Positions 7,907 through 14,107 of a stretch of DNA of 14,107 nucleotides are shown here, one piece after another. Source of the stretch: a virus (Duplodnaviria; Heunggongvirae; Uroviricota; Caudoviricetes); IMG/VR virus record IMGVR_UViG_2563366830_000016; one strand, given 5' to 3'. The notes beneath the pieces are model-generated. The model did not search any database. It worked only from the letters and a program-made list of their open reading frames with translations, and was not told the DNA's origin. The position numbers and the translations under genes are program-made. Positions within the stretch are counted from its first letter, which is position 1. Every line of letters starts with the position of its first letter.

Positions 7907-10649
7907 TCTTATCCGTCAGGTTATCAGTGCGTCTGAAAACAACTGGCCTCATGTGCTGGGCTGCCTGAACATAAATGTCCCTGACTCTCCGCGCCGTCAT
8001 GCTCCCTGCCCTGCATGTGGGGGCAAAGATCGATTCCGGTTCGATGACAACGGGCGCGGTAGCTTCATCTGTAATCAGTGCGGCGCTGGTGATGGGCTGG
8101 ATTTAATTAAACGCGTAAATAACTGCGACACAACAGAGGCGGCGCTTCTTGCCGCTGATGTTCTGGGTATTGATTACCGGACAACGGAAACACCAGAAGC
8201 CACCAGCCAGAAACGGGAACAACTGGAAACCGAGCGCCAGCGACGCGAACAGGAGCGCCTGAAAAGGGCAGAGAAGGACGAACAACAAAGACGGGATACG
8301 TTTTCCCGTCAGTTTGATGACATGCGCAGAAAGGCTGTAAACGGCAAATCTGATTATCTGGTTGCGAAAGGGGTAGGTGATTTTACATTCCCCGTGTTGC
8401 CCGATGGATCTCTGTTGCTGGCGCTGGTGGATAAATCCGGCGCAGTAACAGCAGCACAGACTATTACCTCACATGGTGAAAAAAGACTCCTGACAGGTTC
8501 AGCAAAGCGAGGGGCATATCACGCCATAAACGCACCAGAAACAACACAGAGCATCTTAATCGCAGAAGGGCTGGCAACGGCATTATCTGCCCATTTAATG
8601 CGTCCAGAGGCGCTGACAGTGGCGGCGATTGATGCCGGGAACCTGTTATATGTCGCCCAGGTACTGCGGGATAAATTTCCTTCAGCACAAATCATCATTG
8701 CTGCGGATAACGACCACAGCGAAGGAAGACAAAACACGGGGAGAATAGCAGCAGAAAAAGCAGCTTTATCTGTTTCTGGATGGGTGGCATTACCCCCGAC
8801 AGATCACAAAGCAGACTGGAATGATTACCACCAAAAACACGGCATTAAATGCGCCACAGAAGCGTTCAATAAGTCAATGTACCAACCACAGGGTAATGGC
8901 GTGAAACAGGAGCCACAGACCATTGAGGGAAGCGATTTTAAGGTTATGGATACCGATCCACTGAAACCAAGAATAGAAAGCCGCGAGGATGGTATTTATT
9001 GGGTATCTCCGAGAGCTGACAGCCAGAGTGGAGAAATCATCAATAACGAAAGCTGGTTATGTTCTCCGTTAAGCGTTATCGGTACTGGCAGAGACGATAA
9101 AGACCAGTATCTCATTCTTCGCTGGCTGTCGTTTGGTTCTGAAACGCCGACAACCGCTGCCATTCCACTGGCTGATATTGGTGAACGTGAAGGATGGCGC
9201 ACACTTAAAGCTGGTGGGGTAAATGTCACGACCAAAAGCAGCCTCAGAGCAATACTGGCAGACTGGCTACAACGCAGTGGCTCTCGTGAATTGTGGCGTG
9301 TTGCTCATGCCACTGGCTGGCAATGCGGAGCGTACATCATGCCTGATGGGGAAATCATCGGAACACCTGAAAATCCTGTGCTGTTCAGCGGGAGAAGCTC
9401 AGCCGCAGCCGGATATACCGTCTCAGGGAGCGCGAAAAGCTGGCGTGATAACGTGGCGCGTCTGGCCTTTGGTAACTATTCAATGATGACCGGGATCGGC
9501 GCAGCACTGGCAGCGCCATTGATTGGGCTGGTGGGCGCTGACGGGTTCGGCATTCATTTCTATGAGCAGTCGAGCGCAGGTAAGACCACCACGGCAAACG
9601 TGGCGAGCAGCTTATACGGCAACCCTGATTTACTGCGGCTGACGTGGTACGGAACCGCGCTGGGGCTGGCAAATGAGGCCGCCGCCCACAATGACGGACT
9701 AATGCCGCTTGATGAAGTTGGTCAGGGCGCTGATCCTGTCAGCGTTTCACAGTCTGCCTATGCGTTATTTAACGGTGTAGGGAAACTGCAAGGCGCTAAA
9801 GATGGTGGAAACCGGGATCTAAAACGCTGGCGTACAGTGGCAATCAGCACCGGAGAAATGGATTTAGAAACATTTATCGCTACTTCCGGGCGAAAAACCA
9901 AAGCCGGGCAACTGGTGCGACTGCTGAATATTCCGTTGAGTAAAGCAGTACGCTTTCACGATTACCAGAACGGAAAACAGCACGCAGACGCACTGAAAGA
10001 CGCTTACCAGCATCACCACGGCGCGTCCGGGCGTGAGTGGATTAAATGGCTGGCAGACCACCAGCAACAGGCTATTAAAACCGTTCGTGACTGCGAAAGC
10101 AGATGGAGAAGCCTGATCCCATCCGATTATGGTGAGCAGGTTCACCGTGTAGCCGCGCGATTTGCCATTCTGGAGGCCGCATTGTTGTTAGGCGAGGTTG
10201 TAACAGGCTGGGATGCTCAGACATGCCGTGATGCGATACAGCACAGCTATAACGCATGGTTGCGCGAGTTCGGCACAGGTAACAAAGAGCATCAGCAGAT
10301 TATTGAACAAACGGAGGCATTTCTTAATGCCTATGGGCTTAGCCGTTTTGCACCATTTCCATACAGCCCGGCAGATTTGCCCATCAAAGATTTAGCCGGA
10401 TACCGTCAGCGTGGAGAACATGACGAAAGCCCAATGATTTTCTACACATTCCCGGCCACATTTGAAAAGGAGATCGCATGTGGTTTCAACGCAAAACAGT
10501 TTGCTGAAGTGTTGAAAAAAGCCGGGATGCTAACCCCACCAAACAGCGGTCGTGGATACCAAAGAAAATCACCACGTATTCAGGGACGACAAATAAACGT
10601 TTATGTACTCAATTACCAGCCAGGAGATTATAACTCATCTGAAGAATGA
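7890..10649 (+). CDS. Satellite/phage-type DNA primase-helicase (primase Zn-ribbon + TOPRIM + P-loop NTPase, P4 alpha-like)
   Basis: 919-aa ORF. N-terminal zinc-ribbon CPACGG...FICNQCG typical of primase-helicase Zn-binding domains; charged linker (EQLETERQRREQERLKRAEKDEQQRR); TOPRIM-like acidic motif (IAADNDHSEGRQ); Walker A (SSAGKTTT). Track start is GTG 7890; ATG at 7893 is the alternative. Confidence 0.9.
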   Translation: MMRNIDLIRQVISASENNWPHVLGCLNINVPDSPRRHAPCPACGGKDRFRFDDNGRGSFICNQCGAGDGLDLIKRVNNCDTTEAALLAADVLGIDYRTTETPEATSQKREQLETERQRREQERLKRAEKDEQQRRDTFSRQFDDMRRKAVNGKSDYLVAKGVGDFTFPVLPDGSLLLALVDKSGAVTAAQTITSHGEKRLLTGSAKRGAYHAINAPETTQSILIAEGLATALSAHLMRPEALTVAAIDAGNLLYVAQVLRDKFPSAQIIIAADNDHSEGRQNTGRIAAEKAALSVSGWVALPPTDHKADWNDYHQKHGIKCATEAFNKSMYQPQGNGVKQEPQTIEGSDFKVMDTDPLKPRIESREDGIYWVSPRADSQSGEIINNESWLCSPLSVIGTGRDDKDQYLILRWLSFGSETPTTAAIPLADIGEREGWRTLKAGGVNVTTKSSLRAILADWLQRSGSRELWRVAHATGWQCGAYIMPDGEIIGTPENPVLFSGRSSAAAGYTVSGSAKSWRDNVARLAFGNYSMMTGIGAALAAPLIGLVGADGFGIHFYEQSSAGKTTTANVASSLYGNPDLLRLTWYGTALGLANEAAAHNDGLMPLDEVGQGADPVSVSQSAYALFNGVGKLQGAKDGGNRDLKRWRTVAISTGEMDLETFIATSGRKTKAGQLVRLLNIPLSKAVRFHDYQNGKQHADALKDAYQHHHGASGREWIKWLADHQQQAIKTVRDCESRWRSLIPSDYGEQVHRVAARFAILEAALLLGEVVTGWDAQTCRDAIQHSYNAWLREFGTGNKEHQQIIEQTEAFLNAYGLSRFAPFPYSPADLPIKDLAGYRQRGEHDESPMIFYTFPATFEKEIACGFNAKQFAEVLKKAGMLTPPNSGRGYQRKSPRIQGRQINVYVLNYQPGDYNSSEE

Positions 10650-10672
10650 GCTTCTTCATGTGCGTAGAAAAG

Positions 10673-10787
10673 GTGTTGGTTCAGTTGGTTTAGTTGGTTC
10701 AATTTGTAAAGAGTATTGTTTTATAAGGATTTTATTCTTTTTATTGAACCAACACTGAACCAACAACACGGTATTTTGAACCAACAC
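10673..10787. repeat. Iteron-type origin candidate: 3 direct repeats GTTGGTT(C/T)A (10673-10701), AT-rich spacer, 3 inverted copies TGAACCAAC(A)AC (10745-10787)
   Basis: Read directly. Clustered 9-11 bp repeats in opposing orientation around an AT-rich core, immediately downstream of the primase-helicase gene, is the classic arrangement of a satellite/phage replication origin. Confidence 0.65.
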
Positions 10788-10893
10788 AATGTGACTGAAT
10801 TGATGCGCACAACACCTGGCTGGCATCAGAGAGTGTTTTACGAGACTTTCGTAAAATCCTGTGTACAAGGGCGTGACGTTTTTGAAAGTGAGC

Positions 10894-10912
10894 ACTACGA
10901 AATTTTCGTAGT
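10894..10912. promoter_or_regulatory. 19-bp palindrome ACTACGAAA-T-TTTCGTAGT (operator-like), with an additional TTTCGTA half-site about 45 bp upstream
   Basis: Read directly; 9-bp arms, perfect. Related half-site within ACTTTCGTAAAAT at 10845-10857. Function inferred. Confidence 0.35.
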
Positions 10913-11105
10913 TCAGAAAACAGCCTCTGAGAAGTTGTTATGCCTGTTCAGCAAACCATCCGCATAGCTGATCGCGAATCAAATTACCAATGGAGCCAGA
11001 AGCAAGGGCAGAACTGAAAAGCGCCTGCCGTGAAGAGTAATGCGACACCATAAATATAGTTTTTAGAGTCCATAAAAAACCTGTCAAAACCTGACACACA
11101 GAACG

Positions 11106-11138
11106 ATGCCACCAGCTACTGAGCGGTGGCATTTTTTT
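11106..11138 (+). terminator. Rho-independent terminator (8-bp stem ATGCCACC/GGTGGCAT, 11-nt loop, T7 tract)
   Basis: Read directly: perfect 8-bp GC-rich stem followed by TTTTTTT at 11132-11138. Confidence 0.65.
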
Positions 11139-11171
11139 GTGCTATTTGTTTCATATTTTGCAATTACGATG

Positions 11172-11200
11172 ATGAATATTGCGATTTGTGAAACTATAAT
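11172..11200 (+). promoter_or_regulatory. Candidate sigma70 promoter: consensus -10 TATAAT (11195-11200) with weak -35 ATGAAT at 17-bp spacing
   Basis: Perfect TATAAT hexamer 34 nt upstream of the ATG at 11234 and just downstream of the terminator; the -35 is weak, so low confidence. Confidence 0.35.
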
Positions 11201-11233
11201 AACTGTTGTTTTATACAGTTCTAAGGGGGCGTT

Positions 11234-11395
11234 ATGGCTATTTCAGTAAAGCCGGTATTGATAAGTGAGAAGCAAATGGAAGCGATAAAGAAAATTCAGG
11301 AAGAGCAGCGTAAAAAATCAGGAATTGGAGTAGCGCCAACTCTGCATGAAATTGCACGAGGGTTAATAGATAAGGCGCTGGCAGGCTGTATGTGA
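11234..11395 (+). CDS. Small ORF (53 aa), ribbon-helix-helix-like predicted fold; putative DNA-binding regulator or antitoxin-like protein
   Basis: Below the 60-aa track cutoff; found by reading. AAGGGGG RBS 4-5 nt upstream. MAISVKPVLISEKQMEAIKKIQEEQRKKSGIGVAPTLHEIARGLIDKALAGCM shows a beta-strand/helix/helix pattern typical of Arc/MetJ/CopG-type proteins. Fold assignment is inference. Confidence 0.45.
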   Translation: MAISVKPVLISEKQMEAIKKIQEEQRKKSGIGVAPTLHEIARGLIDKALAGCM

Positions 11396-11411
11396 AAATG
11401 GATGGCATCGC

Positions 11412-11873
11412 ATGGAACTAAAATTTATTGATAACCCTGTGCGATTACAGGCCTTTCTTAACGAGCCAGGCAATACCGAAAATATTGTTGAGCCGGGGCA
11501 CACGTACTACATCAAGCCTGATGCGGTATATCTCGGCATCTACGAAGGATTAGTGCTGGCTGGCGTTCATGAAGTGCGTAACTTCTGGCATAGCGTTGTT
11601 GAATGCCATGCGGTGTACGACCCCGGATTCCGTGGTGAATATGCACTGCAAGGACATCGATTATTCTGCAAATGGCTTCTCGAAAACTCACCATTCCTTA
11701 ACAGCATCACTATGGTTCCTGACACCACGAAATACGGACGGGCAATTATCCGTTTGCTTGGCGCTACCCGTGTTGGTCACCTTGATGATGCTTATATCAG
11801 ATGTGGTAAACCCGTCGGCGTAACGCTTTATCAGTTAACTCGGCAACAATATAAGGAATTCAGCGAATGTTAA
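11412..11873 (+). CDS. Hypothetical protein (153 aa), possibly P22 gp14-like; co-transcribed with downstream ejection-protein-like genes
   Basis: 153-aa ORF; its stop overlaps the next gene's start (ATGTTAA). Position and size match the gene preceding gp7 in P22-like clusters; the homology is recalled, not verified. Confidence 0.6.
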   Translation: MELKFIDNPVRLQAFLNEPGNTENIVEPGHTYYIKPDAVYLGIYEGLVLAGVHEVRNFWHSVVECHAVYDPGFRGEYALQGHRLFCKWLLENSPFLNSITMVPDTTKYGRAIIRLLGATRVGHLDDAYIRCGKPVGVTLYQLTRQQYKEFSEC

Positions 11874-12544
11874 TTACCCATATAGCTCATAAACATCTCA
11901 ATCGTGCCGTATACGAAAAAGGCGGTGATGGTGGTGCCTCTAAAGCTCAGGCGAAGGCCCAGCAGCAGGCAATTGATTTGCAGCGCGAGCAGTGGAATAC
12001 GGTGATGAATAATCTCAAGCCGTATGCAGAAGTCGGATTGCCTGCTTTACAACAACTACAAGGACTGATGACTCTGGAAGGGCAGAATAAAGCCGCGAAT
12101 GATTTCTTTGGTTCTGGTTTATATAAAACACAGGCAGATCAGGCCCGTTATCAGAACCTTGTCTCAGCAGAAACTACCGGGGGGCTTGGCTCAACAGCTA
12201 CCAGTAACCAGTTATCTTCCATTGCGCCCATGCTTTATAACAATTGGCTTAGTGGGCAAATGCAAAATTATGGAAACCTGCTAAATGTCGGGATGAATGC
12301 GGCATCAGGGCAGGCAACGGCAGGGCAAAACTACGCCAATAATACCGGACAACTCTTGCAGGGGCTTGGCGCTATTCGTGCAGGTCAGGCGCAGCAGCCA
12401 TCCAGTCTTGCGCGTGGTATTGGTGGGGCAGCATCAGGCGCTTTAGCGGGTGCGCAACTTGGTTCCGTTGTTCCTGGAATAGGAACTGCGGCCGGCGCTA
12501 TTGGTGGTGGGCTTATTGGTCTTGTTGGGGGGCTTGGATTCTAA
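11867..12544 (+). CDS. P22 gp7-like DNA-transfer (ejection) protein candidate, Gln/Gly/Ala-rich with glycine-zipper hydrophobic C-terminus
   Basis: 225-aa ORF, AAGGA RBS; low-complexity Q/G/A-rich composition and C-terminal GIGTAAGAIGGGLIGLVGGLGF segment. Size and composition match podovirus ejection protein gp7 (about 229 aa). Assignment by composition and synteny only. Confidence 0.55.
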   Translation: MLITHIAHKHLNRAVYEKGGDGGASKAQAKAQQQAIDLQREQWNTVMNNLKPYAEVGLPALQQLQGLMTLEGQNKAANDFFGSGLYKTQADQARYQNLVSAETTGGLGSTATSNQLSSIAPMLYNNWLSGQMQNYGNLLNVGMNAASGQATAGQNYANNTGQLLQGLGAIRAGQAQQPSSLARGIGGAASGALAGAQLGSVVPGIGTAAGAIGGGLIGLVGGLGF

Positions 12545-13863
12545 TGGCGACATGGCAACTTGGCGGGCTGCCTAGCATGGCACCGCAAAATGATAATGCT
12601 CCTCGTTCTTCCGTTCCTCAGCCTGTGCAGTATCAGCAGCAGCCAAACGTAGGTTTAATGGCGCTACAGGGGCTAAGAGGCGTTGCTGAGATTAATCAGC
12701 AGGCGCAAATTTCCCAGCAGCTAAAAGAATATCAGGCACGGTTGGGTAGTGCGGTAGCTAATAATGATCGTGTTGGCGTGCAGAAGTTAATGGCCCAGTA
12801 TCCCCAGTTTATGGCTGATTCTCAAAAACAGATGGGATTCATTGATGCTGAGCAAAATCGGCAGACCGCTGACGCTGCCATGAATCTGCGTCTTGCGTCA
12901 CAAACTGGAGATCCACTGACCATGCAGAAGGCCATTCAGCAGGCAAATCCAGTATTACAGCGATTTGGTCTTCCTGCTGAAGAGGTTTATCAGTCTTGGC
13001 AGAATGACCCACAGGAATTCAACAGAATCACTGACCTCATCCACCTCCATGCTGATCCAAATAGTTACTTTAGTGTTCAAGAGAAGCAGCAAGGGCAGAG
13101 TATTGCACAGCAGAACGCAGATACATCTGCATATAATGCTCAGGTTAATGCGGAGCAGGGTAATCGGCGGCTCGATATGGAGCAGTTCAAAGTCCTATCC
13201 GATAACCAACTACGCACGAGAGAAATGGTTCTGAAAGCACGACTTGGACGTGCTCAAAATGACATCGAGAGAGACAAGCTCAATGCTGAACTGAGCAAGG
13301 TACAGCAGGCGAAAGTGGAGAAGATGAACGATAAAATTAATACTGTTGCAGGTAATATCGACTCCTTGAACTCTGCGCTTGAAGTGGGTCATGAACTGGC
13401 GGGAATTGTAGGGAAACATCCTTCGGCCGTTACCCGTTCGCAGAACTATAACCCCCTGACGCTGGGGTTTGGATTCCTCCCTGATGTAGCAGAAGACACA
13501 CGAAGCCTACGCGCCAAAGCTGATGAATACAACCTAAAGGTTATTCTGCCTAGCCTAAAAGGTACTTTTGGCTCTAACCCAACCGAAGGGGAAAGGGCTG
13601 CCCTTATGCAATCTCAAAATGGCATTAAGTCAGCAACCAGCAATGAGGCATTTTTGCGAGAGTTGAATAAAGCGCAGGACGTAATTATTCGAATGCAGAA
13701 ACGACAGATTGCCGGGCTCGGTATTCCTGTAACCAAATCTAAGGACGAAGAAACTGATACCAAAATGCTGTTGCAGGATCCTTCACTGGTTAAGGATTAT
13801 GTGACCGCACATGGCTATCTGCCGGAAAGTTACTATCAGGCAAAACTTAAGGGATGGCAATGA
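12544..13863 (+). CDS. P22 gp20-like DNA-transfer (ejection) protein candidate, Gln-rich coiled-coil protein
   Basis: 439-aa ORF starting at TAATG overlap with the upstream gene; Q-rich, helical/coiled-coil character; size and position match gp20 (about 470 aa) of P22-like phages. Assignment is inference. Confidence 0.55.
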   Translation: MATWQLGGLPSMAPQNDNAPRSSVPQPVQYQQQPNVGLMALQGLRGVAEINQQAQISQQLKEYQARLGSAVANNDRVGVQKLMAQYPQFMADSQKQMGFIDAEQNRQTADAAMNLRLASQTGDPLTMQKAIQQANPVLQRFGLPAEEVYQSWQNDPQEFNRITDLIHLHADPNSYFSVQEKQQGQSIAQQNADTSAYNAQVNAEQGNRRLDMEQFKVLSDNQLRTREMVLKARLGRAQNDIERDKLNAELSKVQQAKVEKMNDKINTVAGNIDSLNSALEVGHELAGIVGKHPSAVTRSQNYNPLTLGFGFLPDVAEDTRSLRAKADEYNLKVILPSLKGTFGSNPTEGERAALMQSQNGIKSATSNEAFLRELNKAQDVIIRMQKRQIAGLGIPVTKSKDEETDTKMLLQDPSLVKDYVTAHGYLPESYYQAKLKGWQ

Positions 13864-13888
13864 TGGCACAACTGACAGAAAAACAGAA
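13863..13888 (+). pseudogene. 5' stub (about 9 codons, MAQLTEKQN...) of the next gene in the cluster (gp16-like position), truncated by IS insertion
   Basis: ATG at 13863 overlaps the upstream stop (TGATG), continuing the coupling pattern; the reading frame runs into the IS terminal repeat beginning at 13889. Confidence 0.35.
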
Positions 13889-14107
13889 TGAACCGCCCCG
13901 GGAATCCTGGAGACTAAACTTCCTGAGAAAGAGGTAAACAGGATGACTAAAAATACTCGTTTTTCCCCTGAAGTCCGTCAACGGGCAGTCCGTATGGTTC
14001 TGGAAAGTCAGGGCGAATATGACTCACAATGGGCGACAATTTGTTCCATTGCTCCAAAGATTGGCTGTACGCCGGAGACTCTGCGTGTCTGGGTTCGCCA
14101 GCATGAG
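13889..14107 (+). mobile_element. IS3-family insertion sequence, IS629/IS1203-like, left end (partial; continues beyond window)
   Basis: Terminal sequence TGAACCGCCCCGGGAATCCTGGAGACTAAAC followed by orfA encoding [55 protein letters not shown], recognised as the IS629-type OrfA N-terminus (HTH transposase subunit). Identity recalled, not searched. Confidence 0.8.
13943..14107 (+). CDS. IS3-family transposase OrfA (N-terminal 55 codons; truncated by window end)
   Basis: ATG at 13943 with GAGG RBS; translation matches IS629-like OrfA N-terminus; ORF open to the last base of the window. Confidence 0.85.
   Translation, partial: MTKNTRFSPEVRQRAVRMVLESQGEYDSQWATICSIAPKIGCTPETLRVWVRQHE

Noticed and set aside
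8103-10395. Short ORFs on both strands inside the primase-helicase gene
   Set aside because: Embedded in or antisense to a 919-aa ORF with multiple recognisable domains.
10656-11132. Track ORFs 10716-10967 (+), 10656-10895 (-) and 10938-11132 (-) in the post-primase region
   Set aside because: They run across the iteron repeats or the intrinsic terminator, have no RBS, and give AT-rich low-complexity translations; the region is better explained as origin plus regulatory DNA.
1-14107. CRISPR arrays, rRNA genes, additional tRNAs, lambda-type cos site
   Set aside because: No regularly spaced repeat-spacer array, no rRNA-like sequence and no second tRNA were seen. The only clustered repeats are the iterons and the short att/intergenic repeats. 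No GGGCGGCGACCT-type cos motif was found by eye.
1445-14107. attR copy of the tRNA 3' end marking the right boundary of the island
   Set aside because: No second copy of the thrW 3' segment (TCGACTCCTATTATCGGCACCA) was found in the window; the boundary probably lies beyond the IS element or has been deleted.

Overview
This window reads as the proA–thrW chromosomal junction of an Escherichia/Shigella-type enterobacterium, followed by an integrated satellite-like mobile element, a stranded fragment of a P22-like podovirus DNA-ejection gene cluster, and the left end of an IS3-family insertion sequence. All features are called by reading the sequence; no database searches were run. The island (about 1445–10790) carries a P4-type integrase (GTG start), an AlpA-family regulator with three translationally coupled genes, a roughly 620-bp gap with no convincing gene (4909–5524), then eight small overlapping genes of unknown function running into a 919-aa primase-helicase, and a textbook iteron origin. 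Beyond a strong intrinsic terminator lie a 53-aa ribbon-helix-helix-like ORF, a 153-aa ORF, and two Gln/Gly/Ala-rich proteins resembling P22 gp7/gp20 ejection proteins; the next gene is cut after about 9 codons by the IS element. The best candidates for an undescribed system are the eight-gene acidic-protein operon upstream of the primase, the 4909–5524 leader region, and the ribbon-helix-helix/153-aa pair; I could not assign a function to any of them from sequence alone.
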